From Rickettsiales bacterium (lineage in GTDB: Bacteria > Pseudomonadota > Alphaproteobacteria > Rs-D84), in NCBI GenBank assembly GCA_031254335.1, contig JAIRUP010000005.1, positions 1-32,000 on the forward strand: DNA of 32,000 nucleotides. Direction: 5' to 3'. Under the pieces are notes generated by a model. That model saw only the letters and a program-made list of their open reading frames with translations. It was not told the DNA's origin and ran no database searches. A program made the translations under genes and the position numbers. Shown here one piece after another: positions 1 through 7,962 of this stretch (positions are counted from its first letter, which is position 1; each line of letters begins with the position of its first letter).

Positions 1-904
1 ATTTTTCGTCCACATTATTGGTGGCAATTTTAAGGATTTCTATAAGCTGCTGCCGCTGCATGAGATTCGTGAAAAAGATTGTAAGGCTCCCCGCCCCCCC
101 GGCCTTGACGCTCGCCCGGGTTTTTAACCCCGTCATGCGGCTCACCTTGCTTTCGATTTCCTTTGCGGCCTGCAAATCGAACGCGCTGGTCCGGCTTGTA
201 TTGCCTGATTTTTTCCGCGCGCCGTCCTGGCGCATCATGTCTTCAAGGGCGCGGACATTCAGCTTCTCGTCGACGGCTTTTTGGGCCATACGGCCGGGAT
301 TGTCGGACATTATTATGGCTCTCGCCTGGGACGCGGACAGCTTGCCGGAATTGACCAGCTCCTGCACATCCTTGGGCAGGTCAAGCAGCCTTTGGATATT
401 GCGGAGATAGCTTTCGCTTTTCCCCATAAGGCGGACAAGGTCCTGAACGCTGTATTGGAATTTGCTGATTAGATTCCTATACCCGGTCGCTTCTTCGATT
501 GGGGAAAGGTCTTCGCGCTGAATATTTTCAATCAGGGCGACCTCGGCCGAGTTTTCCTCGGTCATGGGCTTTATAAGGGCGGGTATTTCGGTAAGCCCGG
601 CCAGCTGGGCGGCGCGCCAGCGGCGTTCGCCGGCTACGATTTCGTATAAATGCTCTTCGCCGAATACGGGGCGGATAAGGATGGGTTGAAGAACCCCGCG
701 CTCTTTGACGGATGAAGCCAGGTCAAGCAGGGCCTCCTCGTCGAAAACCGTTCTTGGCTGGTTATGATTTGCCGCAATCTGGGATACGGGAATGGGCTTT
801 ACTACGACGCGTTCGACGCCGGATAAAACCGCGCTCTGGCCAAGATTTCCCATCTCGGCCTTCAAATCCGCCAATCCCCGCCCAAGTCCCTTCTTCTGTT
901 GCAT
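1..904 (-). CDS. parB: Chromosome partitioning protein ParB; C-terminal end runs off the window start
   Basis: Absent from the ORF track because there is no stop codon in the window. My minus-strand translation from the ATG at 904-902 reads MQQKKGLGRGLADLK...YEIVAGERRWRAAQLAGL...LIENIQREDLSPIEEA. This contains the ParB N-terminal box, the GERRxRA motif and the HTH region. A GAAGGAG SD lies 7 nt upstream and an in-frame stop at 929-931 bounds the start. The gene is downstream of parA. Confidence 0.9.
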   Translation of the reverse strand, partial: MQQKKGLGRGLADLKAEMGNLGQSAVLSGVERVVVKPIPVSQIAANHNQPRTVFDEEALLDLASSVKERGVLQPILIRPVFGEEHLYEIVAGERRWRAAQLAGLTEIPALIKPMTEENSAEVALIENIQREDLSPIEEATGYRNLISKFQYSVQDLVRLMGKSESYLRNIQRLLDLPKDVQELVNSGKLSASQARAIIMSDNPGRMAQKAVDEKLNVRALEDMMRQDGARKKSGNTSRTSAFDLQAAKEIESKVSRMTGLKTRASVKAGGAGSLTIFFTNLMQRQQLIEILKIATNNVDEK

Positions 905-925
905 CGCGCCGCTCCTTCTTTTTCT

Positions 926-960
926 TTGTCATGCCGACGGCGGTCGGCATCTCAAATTGT
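926..960 (+). repeat. H-hairpin repeat copy H1
   Basis: TTGTCAT-GCCGAC-GGCG-GTCGGC-ATCTCAAATTGT. It shares its flanks with H3 (rc of 17098-17133) but has a different, self-complementary stem. Confidence 0.6.
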
Positions 961-993
961 AAAATTCCATAAAGCGTGCGGGAACCGCCGCTC

Positions 994-1158
994 AATAACT
1001 CAAAAAATATTAGTCCGCTCGCGTTTTCAAGGATAGAACGCCCGAGGAACAAGGGAAACCGGCGCGCGCTAGGCTTAGCCGCTCCTGCGAAGCCGGTTTC
1101 CCGCCGTTAATCGGCGTTATGGACCGAAAACGAAAAAGTGGACTTATATTTTTTGTCC
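994..1158 (+). repeat. E-repeat copy E1 (structured intergenic element, about 165 bp)
   Basis: Starts AATAACTCAAAAAATATTAG and ends GGACTTATATTTTTTGTCC. Nested stems: CGTTTTC/GAAAACG, GGGAAACCGGC/GCCGGTTTCCC and AACGCC/GGCGTT. It fills most of the 257-bp parA-parB gap. Confidence 0.8.
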
Positions 1159-1161
1159 TTA

Positions 1162-1938
1162 TCATTTCGTATCCCCCACGGCTTCGACGATTTCGGTGGC
1201 AAGACGCAAATACGCCTGCGACCCCGGCGACTGGAAATCGTAGAACAATGCCGGCTGTCCATAGCTTGGTGCTTCGGACAGTTTGACCGAACGCGGGATA
1301 ATGGTCTTGAACACCTTGTCGCCGAAGACTCCTCGGACATCGTCCTCGATAAGTTTGGAAAGGTTGTTCCGCTTGTCATACATGGTAAGGACGACGCCAA
1401 GGATATTAAGCTCGGGGTTCCATTTGTCCTTGATTTTGGATATGGCGTTCATAAGGTGCTGGATTCCTTCCAAAGCGAAGAATTCGCATTGAAGGGGAAC
1501 CAGAAGGTCGGTCGTGGCCGACAGGGCGTTTAGCGTCAAAAAGCCGAGGGCAGGGGGGCAATCGAGCAGGATATAGTCGTAATGCCCGGCTATCTCCGCC
1601 AGGGCCTCTTTCAGGCGGTATTCGCGCCGGTCCATATCAAGAAGCTCGACCTCGGCCCCGGCCAGCTCCGCGCTGGACGGCAGTATATGAAGGTTGTCCA
1701 CGGCGGTGGATAGGATGTTTTTCCCAATGGGGGCATACCCCATAAGGACATTGTAGACCGATTCCTTATGGTTGGCGCGATTGAATCCCAGGCCGGTTCC
1801 GGCGTTTCCCTGGGGGTCCAAATCGACTATTAAAACGCGTTTTTTGATTGCGGCAAGGCTGGCGCCGATATTGATTGCGGTGGTGGTTTTTCCAACCCCG
1901 CCCTTCTGGTTTGCAAATGAAATTATCCGTGTGGTCAT
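1162..1938 (-). CDS. parA: ParA/Soj chromosome partitioning ATPase
   Basis: MTTRIISFANQKGGVGKTTT carries the deviant Walker A motif. I chose the ATG at 1938 with a GAGGGAAG SD. The longer track ORF (to 2043) runs through repeat H2. Confidence 0.93.
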   Translation of the reverse strand: MTTRIISFANQKGGVGKTTTAINIGASLAAIKKRVLIVDLDPQGNAGTGLGFNRANHKESVYNVLMGYAPIGKNILSTAVDNLHILPSSAELAGAEVELLDMDRREYRLKEALAEIAGHYDYILLDCPPALGFLTLNALSATTDLLVPLQCEFFALEGIQHLMNAISKIKDKWNPELNILGVVLTMYDKRNNLSKLIEDDVRGVFGDKVFKTIIPRSVKLSEAPSYGQPALFYDFQSPGSQAYLRLATEIVEAVGDTK

Positions 1939-1947
1939 CTTCCCTCT

Positions 1948-1989
1948 ATTGTCATTCTCGGGCTTGACCCGAGAATCCAGGTAATAAAC
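1948..1989 (+). repeat. H-hairpin repeat copy H2
   Basis: ATTGTCAT-TCTCGGG-CTTGA-CCCGAGA-ATCCAGGTAATAAAC. It has the same flanks and loop as H4 (rc 22121-22157), but the stem is TCTCGGG/CCCGAGA instead of GGTCGGG/CCCGACC. Confidence 0.65.
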
Positions 1990-2128
1990 TGTCGGCTTCG
2001 CCGACTCAACTTGAAGATACAAATTTCCCCGGCGTTCGGTCAAGAATAATATCCAAAACCCCGGTAGAAAAATTCCCCTCCAAGGGAGGGGTGGTGGCGA
2101 AGCCGACGGGGTGGGAATAAAATCCCGA

Positions 2129-2171
2129 ATCAGCTAAAATCAAACACTTATTTGACATTTCATGTGAAATG
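2129..2171 (-). repeat. 43-nt module, copy 1 (inverted partner of 3373-3415), upstream of parA
   Basis: ATCAGCTAAAATCAAACACTTATTTGACATTTCATGTGAAATG matches the reverse complement of 3373-3415 at 39 of 43 positions by my alignment. Confidence 0.75.
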
Positions 2172-2202
2172 CCCCCTTTCAGGGGGCATTTCACATGAAT
2201 AA
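2156..2202. promoter_or_regulatory. Two parS-like sites (A 2156-2171, B 2187-2202) forming the arms of a perfect 18-bp-stem palindrome (2159-2199)
   Basis: Site A is CATTTCATGTGAAATG and site B is CATTTCACATGAATAA. The arms TTCATGTGAAATGCCCCC / GGGGGCATTTCACATGAA are exact reverse complements around the loop TTTCA. The TTTCAC/TGAAA core resembles the parS consensus TGTTTCACGTGAAACA. The structure lies immediately 3' of mreB and upstream of parA. Confidence 0.45.
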
Positions 2203-2218
2203 CAAACCTCAAAAAATA

Positions 2219-3313
<1,095 letters not shown>

Positions 3314-3372
3314 CTAAGACTTGCGAAAAATCAAGTGGGAATTTTGGACTATTTTCAAGCGTTTTATAAAAA

Positions 3373-3415
3373 CATTTCACATGAAATGGACAATAAGTGC
3401 TTGATTTTAGCTGAT
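3373..3415 (+). repeat. 43-nt module, copy 2, including parS-like site C (3373-3388), upstream of rsmG
   Basis: CATTTCACATGAAATG is a 7-2-7 palindrome and the exact reverse complement of site A. It is followed by GACAATAAGTGCTTGATTTTAGCTGAT and ends 13 nt before the rsmG ATG. Confidence 0.75.
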
Positions 3416-3428
3416 ACAGGAAAAAATA

Positions 3429-3986
3429 ATGAACAAGAAAGAGCTCTATTTGAAAATGGTGCGCGAAGCGTCCGCCCGGATGAATCTTGTGGCGAAATCG
3501 ACCCTGCCGGACTTGGAGAACCGTCATTGGGCCGATTCGGCGCAGCTTGCGGCATATATAGGGGCCGATTCGCTGGTTATGGATTTGGGCAGCGGCGCGG
3601 GCTTTCCGGCGGTCATCCTGGCGATTCTGGGATATAAGGTCGTCGCAATCGAAAGCATAGGAAAAAAGGCCGCCTTTCTGTCCGAGGTAAAATCCCGTTT
3701 GGAATTGGATAATCTGACCGTTTGGAACGACCGAATCGAAAACAAGATGAAAGAAATCCAAGGGAAAAACAATATTGTGTTCGTCGCCCGGGCCTTTGCA
3801 AGTTTGGATAAGATTCTGGACCTGACCGGGCGCGTCCCGGGCGCGCGCTGGGTCCTTCTGAAAGGCCGAACCGCCGAAGACGAAATAAAGGCCGCCAAAA
3901 AACGCTTTTCATTCGATTATAAAACGACGAAATCTTCGTCCGGGGATGGATTTGTCCTCGAAATAAATACCGTAAAAACTAAATAA
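3429..3986 (+). CDS. rsmG: 16S rRNA m7G527 methyltransferase RsmG (GidB)
   Basis: 185 aa. MDLGSGAGFPAVILAI is a SAM-binding motif, and RHWADS and ARAFASL are RsmG-like blocks. Confidence 0.85.
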   Translation: MNKKELYLKMVREASARMNLVAKSTLPDLENRHWADSAQLAAYIGADSLVMDLGSGAGFPAVILAILGYKVVAIESIGKKAAFLSEVKSRLELDNLTVWNDRIENKMKEIQGKNNIVFVARAFASLDKILDLTGRVPGARWVLLKGRTAEDEIKAAKKRFSFDYKTTKSSSGDGFVLEINTVKTK

Positions 3987-4104
3987 ATCTCCCAAAATTA
4001 GCCAATATATACTAGTGATAGTTGATAACATTTTATTATTCTAACAAATGTGCTAGGATTATAATCATAGGCAATTCAGTCTATGAAACAAAAGGGAAAA
4101 CACA

Positions 4105-4440
4105 ATGAATAACACGGAGCATAATTTCAACCGATTCGCGGACGCGGACGCGCTTTGGTTTTGGTTCGTCGCAAGCAAGCGCATAAAGACAGGCTTTATG
4201 GCGAGATACGCCGGCGGGGCGAACCGCCCGTGCGAAATCCTGGACATGGAGGTCTTGATGACAAGGCTGAACCTGTCGGGGAAATTGCCGAACGCGGCCT
4301 TGAATGTCCTGACGCGATACGGGTTCTTGCGGCGCGCGCCGAACAAAAACCTTCGGCACGAGGAAAAGGACGCGGCGGCTTGGGAAGGCGCGATGGAAAC
4401 CATAACGGCGGCGGCCAAAGCGAAAGGATGGTTGGAATGA
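4105..4440 (+). CDS. Hypothetical 111-aa protein on the islet; possible HTH, unverified
   Basis: The ORF has an AAGGGA SD and a perfect TATAAT at 4060-4065 upstream. I recognise no family. The C-terminal half (LSGKLPNAALNVLTRYGF) is HTH-like by eye only. Confidence 0.45.
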   Translation: MNNTEHNFNRFADADALWFWFVASKRIKTGFMARYAGGANRPCEILDMEVLMTRLNLSGKLPNAALNVLTRYGFLRRAPNKNLRHEEKDAAAWEGAMETITAAAKAKGWLE

Positions 4441-4479
4441 TAAAAGTAAGAAGGATGAAGGCAGAGGGAAGAAGGGTTG

Positions 4480-4649
4480 ATAATTATATAAGTCCCGAAA
4501 AATCCAGGCGCAATCGCGTTTTCGAGGACAGATTGTTCAATGCGAAGGAAAACCGCCGCGCGTCTAGGCTGACCGCCTGCGAAGGCGGTTTTCCAAGCAA
4601 GTGGACAATATGGACCGAAAACGAAAAATTGCGCCAAGGATTTTTTGAC
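4480..4649 (+). repeat. E-repeat copy E6 (degenerate; boundaries approximate)
   Basis: The interior aligns with E1. Stems: GCGCAAT...CGTTTTCG / CGAAAACG...ATTGCGC and GGAAAACCGCC/GGCGGTTTTCC, with an apical AGGC-TGACC-GCCT and GCGAAGG. The termini are eroded (ATAATTATATAAG ... GGATTTTTTGAC). Confidence 0.55.
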
Positions 4650-4884
4650 TGTTCGTATTTGATTGGATTCACTCCGAATACAAGGCGCAGACTCGTCCGG
4701 GTTTTTTGTAGAAAATACCGGCATTGCGCGGTTGTTGACTTGGAGAACATGATTCTAATCCAAATCGGAATCGACGGGGTCCGTCTGGTCCGAATAGACG
4801 CGGGCGGGCTGGGCAGGCTTGCCGCGCATGGCTGGGTGTTCGTCTTGGCGAAACCGCGCCGCAGCCCGAAGGGCGGAGGCGGGG

Positions 4885-4908
4885 CGCAGTTCAATATATT
4901 GAACTGCG
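4885..4908. promoter_or_regulatory. 24-bp perfect palindrome, candidate operator or recombination site
   Basis: CGCAGTTCAATA|TATTGAACTGCG has exact 12-bp arms. It lies about 90-140 bp upstream of the two panA-proximal promoters. Confidence 0.4.
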
Positions 4909-4972
4909 TCGGCTTCGCGAAGCGGTGCCTGGGAATCCGCAACCCGTTTATCCTGACGCCGCTGGACTTGTA

Positions 4973-5001
4973 TAGACATCTAGTAAAAAATATGATATAA
5001 T
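4973..5001 (+). promoter_or_regulatory. Sigma70-type promoter P1 with extended -10
   Basis: TAGACA, 17 nt, TGaTATAAT. The TG is at 4993-4994 and the TATAAT at 4996-5001. Confidence 0.55.
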
Positions 5002-5021
5002 CAGAAAAAGGAGAGGGGTTC

Positions 5022-5050
5022 TTGACTTGCAAAAGAACTATTCCTATAAT
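5022..5050 (+). promoter_or_regulatory. Near-consensus sigma70 promoter P2 for the Panacea/toxin operon
   Basis: TTGACT (5022-5027), a 17-nt spacer, then TATAAT (5045-5050). It ends 19 nt before the ATG at 5069. Confidence 0.65.
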
Positions 5051-5068
5051 CGGGTCAGGTAATAAGAA

Positions 5069-5620
5069 ATGTCGATAAGATTCAATACAAACACTCGCAA
5101 AGCCCTTGAAGCTATAATATACTTGGCCAATAAAAAAGCCGATATGACGCAGTATTACTTTATGAAAATGATATTTTTCGCGGAAAAATATCATATAAAC
5201 AAATACGGAATTCCAATCATAGGCGACAGATATATAAAAATGGACAATGGTCCTGTCCCGTCCTTTGTGCTCGACGCAATCCGCCTTGACGGAGCTAAAC
5301 TTACGCACGATATATACGAGGAAATAAACAAGTCTTTGGATTTCAGGAAGGATTCAAAAAAAATCCACACTTCGGCAAAGCGCAAGCCGGACCTGTCTTT
5401 TCTATCGTCCACAAACTTGGAATGCCTGGACAAGGCGTTCAATTTATGCAAGGCCAAATCATTTGATGAATTAAAAAATCTTACGCACGAGGAAACCGCT
5501 TGGAAAAAAGCCGTTCGCAACAGGGATATGGACTACGCGTTGTTCGTTGACGACAACCATCCTGACAAAGAAATCATCGTGGCGGACCTATCGGACAACT
5601 TCGGCACATTGGTTCTGTGA
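5069..5620 (+). CDS. Panacea-domain (DUF4065, SocA/GepA-like) putative antitoxin
   Basis: 183 aa. YFMKMIFFAEKYHINKYGIPIIGDRYIKMDNGPVPSFVLDAI fits my recollection of the DUF4065 core (K-hh-Y-a-..-G.P.. then GPV.P.V). The gene is AT-rich relative to its neighbours. Confidence 0.7.
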   Translation: MSIRFNTNTRKALEAIIYLANKKADMTQYYFMKMIFFAEKYHINKYGIPIIGDRYIKMDNGPVPSFVLDAIRLDGAKLTHDIYEEINKSLDFRKDSKKIHTSAKRKPDLSFLSSTNLECLDKAFNLCKAKSFDELKNLTHEETAWKKAVRNRDMDYALFVDDNHPDKEIIVADLSDNFGTLVL

Positions 5621-5621
5621 T

Positions 5622-6002
5622 ATGCTGTTTAAGACCGGGCGTATTTACCATTTCACGCCCTGTCGGGCTTCCAATCCTGAAAAGAACAAATATGCGATAT
5701 GTGTTTCTGGGAAAAATAACTGGTTTTTCCTTATAAATTCATGTTCTGATACGCCCCCTGTAAGGCCCTATAAGCACGAGACTGATAGGGTGGCTTATCT
5801 AAACAAATTTCAAGTTCAACCTTTAAGCAAACGCTCTTATGTTAATATTTCGATGCTGAAAACCATATACGACTCCGATTATGATTCTTGCAAAGAATAT
5901 GATAAGGTCAGCAATATGGTATGGCTGGATATAAAACAGCTTTGTATTAAGATACTTCCGGCCCAGTCCAGCGAAGTAATATCGGCTGAAAAAGTAGTCT
6001 AA
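5622..6002 (+). CDS. Candidate toxin partner (126 aa); distant MazF/PemK-like pattern, unverified
   Basis: The ATG lies 1 nt after the upstream TGA (TGAtATG). It is in frame within track ORF 5547-6002. GRIYHF..(11)..KYAICVS...WFFLINS...LSKRSYVNISMLKTI...KVSNMVWLDIKQL parallels MazF GDLIWVDF..RPAVVLS...CVPCTT...ADQVKSI...TVAPEELQLIK by eye. Confidence 0.5.
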   Translation: MLFKTGRIYHFTPCRASNPEKNKYAICVSGKNNWFFLINSCSDTPPVRPYKHETDRVAYLNKFQVQPLSKRSYVNISMLKTIYDSDYDSCKEYDKVSNMVWLDIKQLCIKILPAQSSEVISAEKVV

Positions 6003-6165
6003 TAAGCTCAAAAAATATTAGTCAAATCGCAATTTCGAGAATAAAACGCCCAATACCAAGGGAAGGCGACCCAAGTCTGGACATAAGCGTCCGCGAGGGT
6101 CGCCTTCCCGAAGCGTAGTGGGGGTTTTAGGCCGAAATTGAAATATTTGACTTATATTTTTTGTC
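6001..6165 (+). repeat. E-repeat copy E2
   Basis: AATAAGCTCAAAAAATATTAG...TTGACTTATATTTTTTGTC. Stems: TAGTCAAAT/ATTTGACTA, CAATTTCG/CGAAATTG and GGGAAGGCGACCC/GGGTCGCCTTCCC, with an apical GGAC-ATAAGC-GTCC. The left end overlaps the toxin stop codon (6000-6002). Confidence 0.85.
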
Positions 6166-6180
6166 GTATAGTATAACGCG

Positions 6181-7962
6181 ATGAAACATTACGATGTCGT
6201 TATTATAGGCGGGGGGCATGCGGGGGCCGAGGCGGCCGCCGCGGCAAGCCGGCGCGGCGCAAAGGTCGCCCTGATAACCAAATCCCCAGGCGACATCGGC
6301 GCCATGTCGTGCAATCCCTCCATCGGGGGCCTTGGCAAATCCCAGCTTATTGCCGAAATCGATTCCCTTGGCGGCATTATGGGAGCGGCTGCCGACGCAA
6401 GCGGCATTCAGTTCAGAATCCTTAACGCCTCGCACGGGGCGGCGACCCAAGCATTGCGCGCGCAAATCGACAGGCCCCGGTATGCCCGCGCCGTCCTGTC
6501 CGCGCTGGATGGAATCGACATTATTTACGGCGATGTCGCCGGGCTGGATTTGGAAGGGAGAATAGTTGAAGTAATAAATCAGCTCCCCCCATGCGGGGGA
6601 GCCGGCGAGGAACGAGCCGGCGGGGGGTCGAATGCTGAATTCAACCCCCCGCCTGTTCGCGTTCCGCTCACAGACTCCCCCGCAAGGGGGGAGTTGGTTA
6701 AGGCGAAGGCCATTGTAATAAGTGCCGGAACCTTTATGAACGGACTTACCCACATGGGGGCGGACAAAAAACCGTCGGGCCGCATAATGGACAACCTTGA
6801 ATATCAGGACAATGACAAAACCTTGTCCCCGGTTTTGCGGGCCGCGGGATTCGAACTTAAAAGACTTAAAACCGGGACCCCGGCAAGGCTGTTCCGGGAC
6901 TCGATTGACTTCCGGGGCCTGGCCGCCCAGCCGTTGGAACCTTGCGAAGGGGCGCGCTTTTCGAATACGGCAACCCAGCCCAGGGCGGCGAGCGTCGCCA
7001 CCTGTCATATCACCCATACGACCGAAAAAACCGCCGGCATTATCCGCGAAAACATCGGGAAAGCCCCAATGTTCAGCGGCGAAATCGAGGGTATCGGCCC
7101 CCGTTATTGCCCGTCCATCGAGGACAAAATCATGCGCTTCCCGGAGCACCTTTCGCACCATGTCTTCTTGGAGCCGGACGATTTGGAAGGGAGCCTTGTT
7201 TATCCAAACGGCATATCGACTTCGTTCGGGGCCGACATCCAAGACAAGTGGCTTCGGACCATTCCGGGTTTGGAGAATGTCCGCGTCGCCAGATACGGCT
7301 ATGCCGTGGAATACGACGCCATAGACGCGCGGGAACTAAAAACCACCCTGGAATCGAAAAGGATTCCGGGGCTGTTCTTCGCGGGGCAGGTGAACGGCAC
7401 TTCGGGATACGAGGAGGCCGCCGCCCAGGGCCTGGTCGCCGGGGCCAATGCCGCCGCTTTCGCTATTGGCGCGAAGCCCTTGGTCTTGGACCGCGCCAAT
7501 TCCTTTATAGGGGTTTTGATAGACGATATTACGACGCTGGGCGTGGACGAGCCCTACCGGATGTTTTCGTCCCGTTCCGAATACCGCCTGACGCTGCGCT
7601 GCGACAATGCGGTCCAAAGGCTTTGGGGAATTGCGAAGGAATTGGGGCTGCTGACGGCGAAGCAGGGCGAAACGCTTGAAAAAAACATGCCGGGAATCGT
7701 AAAAAAGACAGCTGAAATTGACAAACTGTATTTTGGTTATGTTGGCAAACAATACCAAGACATCGAGAAAATGCGTCAAAATCTGTCGCTGAAAGTGCCA
7801 GTGGCGTTCGATTACATGGATTTGCCCGGCCTGACCCTTGAACTTAGGCAAAAGCTGAACAGGGCGCGCCCGGAGAATATTCATGCTTTGTCCCGAATCC
7901 AGGGCATGACCCCGGCGGGCGTTTTGGTCGTGTTGAGGAAGGTTAAAAGATGCGGTTCATAG
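6181..7962 (+). CDS. mnmG: tRNA U34 5-carboxymethylaminomethyl modification enzyme MnmG (GidA), carrying an internal insertion
   Basis: 593 aa. [16 protein letters not shown] is the FAD-binding motif. [20 protein letters not shown] and [19 protein letters not shown] are MnmG signature blocks. Confidence 0.95.
   Translation: MKHYDVVIIGGGHAGAEAAAAASRRGAKVALITKSPGDIGAMSCNPSIGGLGKSQLIAEIDSLGGIMGAAADASGIQFRILNASHGAATQALRAQIDRPRYARAVLSALDGIDIIYGDVAGLDLEGRIVEVINQLPPCGGAGEERAGGGSNAEFNPPPVRVPLTDSPARGELVKAKAIVISAGTFMNGLTHMGADKKPSGRIMDNLEYQDNDKTLSPVLRAAGFELKRLKTGTPARLFRDSIDFRGLAAQPLEPCEGARFSNTATQPRAASVATCHITHTTEKTAGIIRENIGKAPMFSGEIEGIGPRYCPSIEDKIMRFPEHLSHHVFLEPDDLEGSLVYPNGISTSFGADIQDKWLRTIPGLENVRVARYGYAVEYDAIDARELKTTLESKRIPGLFFAGQVNGTSGYEEAAAQGLVAGANAAAFAIGAKPLVLDRANSFIGVLIDDITTLGVDEPYRMFSSRSEYRLTLRCDNAVQRLWGIAKELGLLTAKQGETLEKNMPGIVKKTAEIDKLYFGYVGKQYQDIEKMRQNLSLKVPVAFDYMDLPGLTLELRQKLNRARPENIHALSRIQGMTPAGVLVVLRKVKRCGS
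6580..6696 (+). repeat. 117-bp GC-rich nested palindromic element inserted in frame in mnmG
   Basis: The termini CAGCTCCCCCC and GGGGGGAGTTG are inverted repeats. There are three local hairpins: GCTCCCCC-CATGC-GGGGGAGC, GGCGGGGGG-N17-CCCCCCGCC and ACTCCCCC-GCAAG-GGGGGAGT. The element starts on a codon boundary and encodes [39 protein letters not shown]. Confidence 0.8.

Noticed and set aside
1939-2043. N-terminal extension of ParA (track ORF begins at 2043).
   Set aside because: The extra 35 codons are encoded by the H2 hairpin repeat and flanking repeat DNA. The internal ATG at 1938 has a good SD and gives the canonical ParA N-terminus directly before the Walker A motif.
4036-4048. A 13-nt identity (ATTATTCTAACAA) between the islet upstream region and 22890-22902.
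   Set aside because: Matches of this length are expected by chance many times in a 32-kb window read on both strands, and there is no extended similarity around them.
4437-5000. ORF starting at an ATGA overlap with the stop of the 111-aa gene (part of track ORF 4155-5000). It runs through E-repeat E6 and the 24-bp palindrome.
   Set aside because: The frame stays open mainly across repeat and palindromic DNA. The product is Arg-rich with no motif, and its end overlaps the two strong promoters. It is more likely fortuitous. The ATGA coupling is noted, so expression data could revive it.
5006-5068. A strong AAGGAGAGG SD-like sequence followed by a TTG-initiated 18-codon micro-ORF inside promoter P2.
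   Set aside because: The ORF would start within the -35 element of P2 and has no supporting feature. The purine run may simply be part of the P1 transcript leader.
4065-5308. Minus-strand ORFs 4065-4724, 4484-5308 and 4755-4979 across the islet.
   Set aside because: They overlap the better-supported plus-strand genes and the repeat and promoter region. They have no SD and no family resemblance.
6138-6175. An outward-facing promoter created by the E2 right end (TTGACT at 6147-6152) driving mnmG.
   Set aside because: No acceptable -10 lies at 16-18 nt spacing (the best is TAGTAT), and the other E copies lack the TTGACT. This is insufficient to call.
6127-7242. 371-aa minus-strand ORF antisense to mnmG. 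Similar long antisense ORFs occur at 13206-14231, 14469-15392, 27781-29274, 28695-30197, 30572-31894, 8790-10238 and 2195-2647.
   Set aside because: Each lies entirely opposite a gene with strong family signatures (MnmG, PheT, PBP2, RodA, TopA, the 777-aa ORF, MreB). Their translations are low-complexity and R/G/A/P-rich, as expected for shadow frames in GC-rich coding DNA. No SD or recognisable motif is present.
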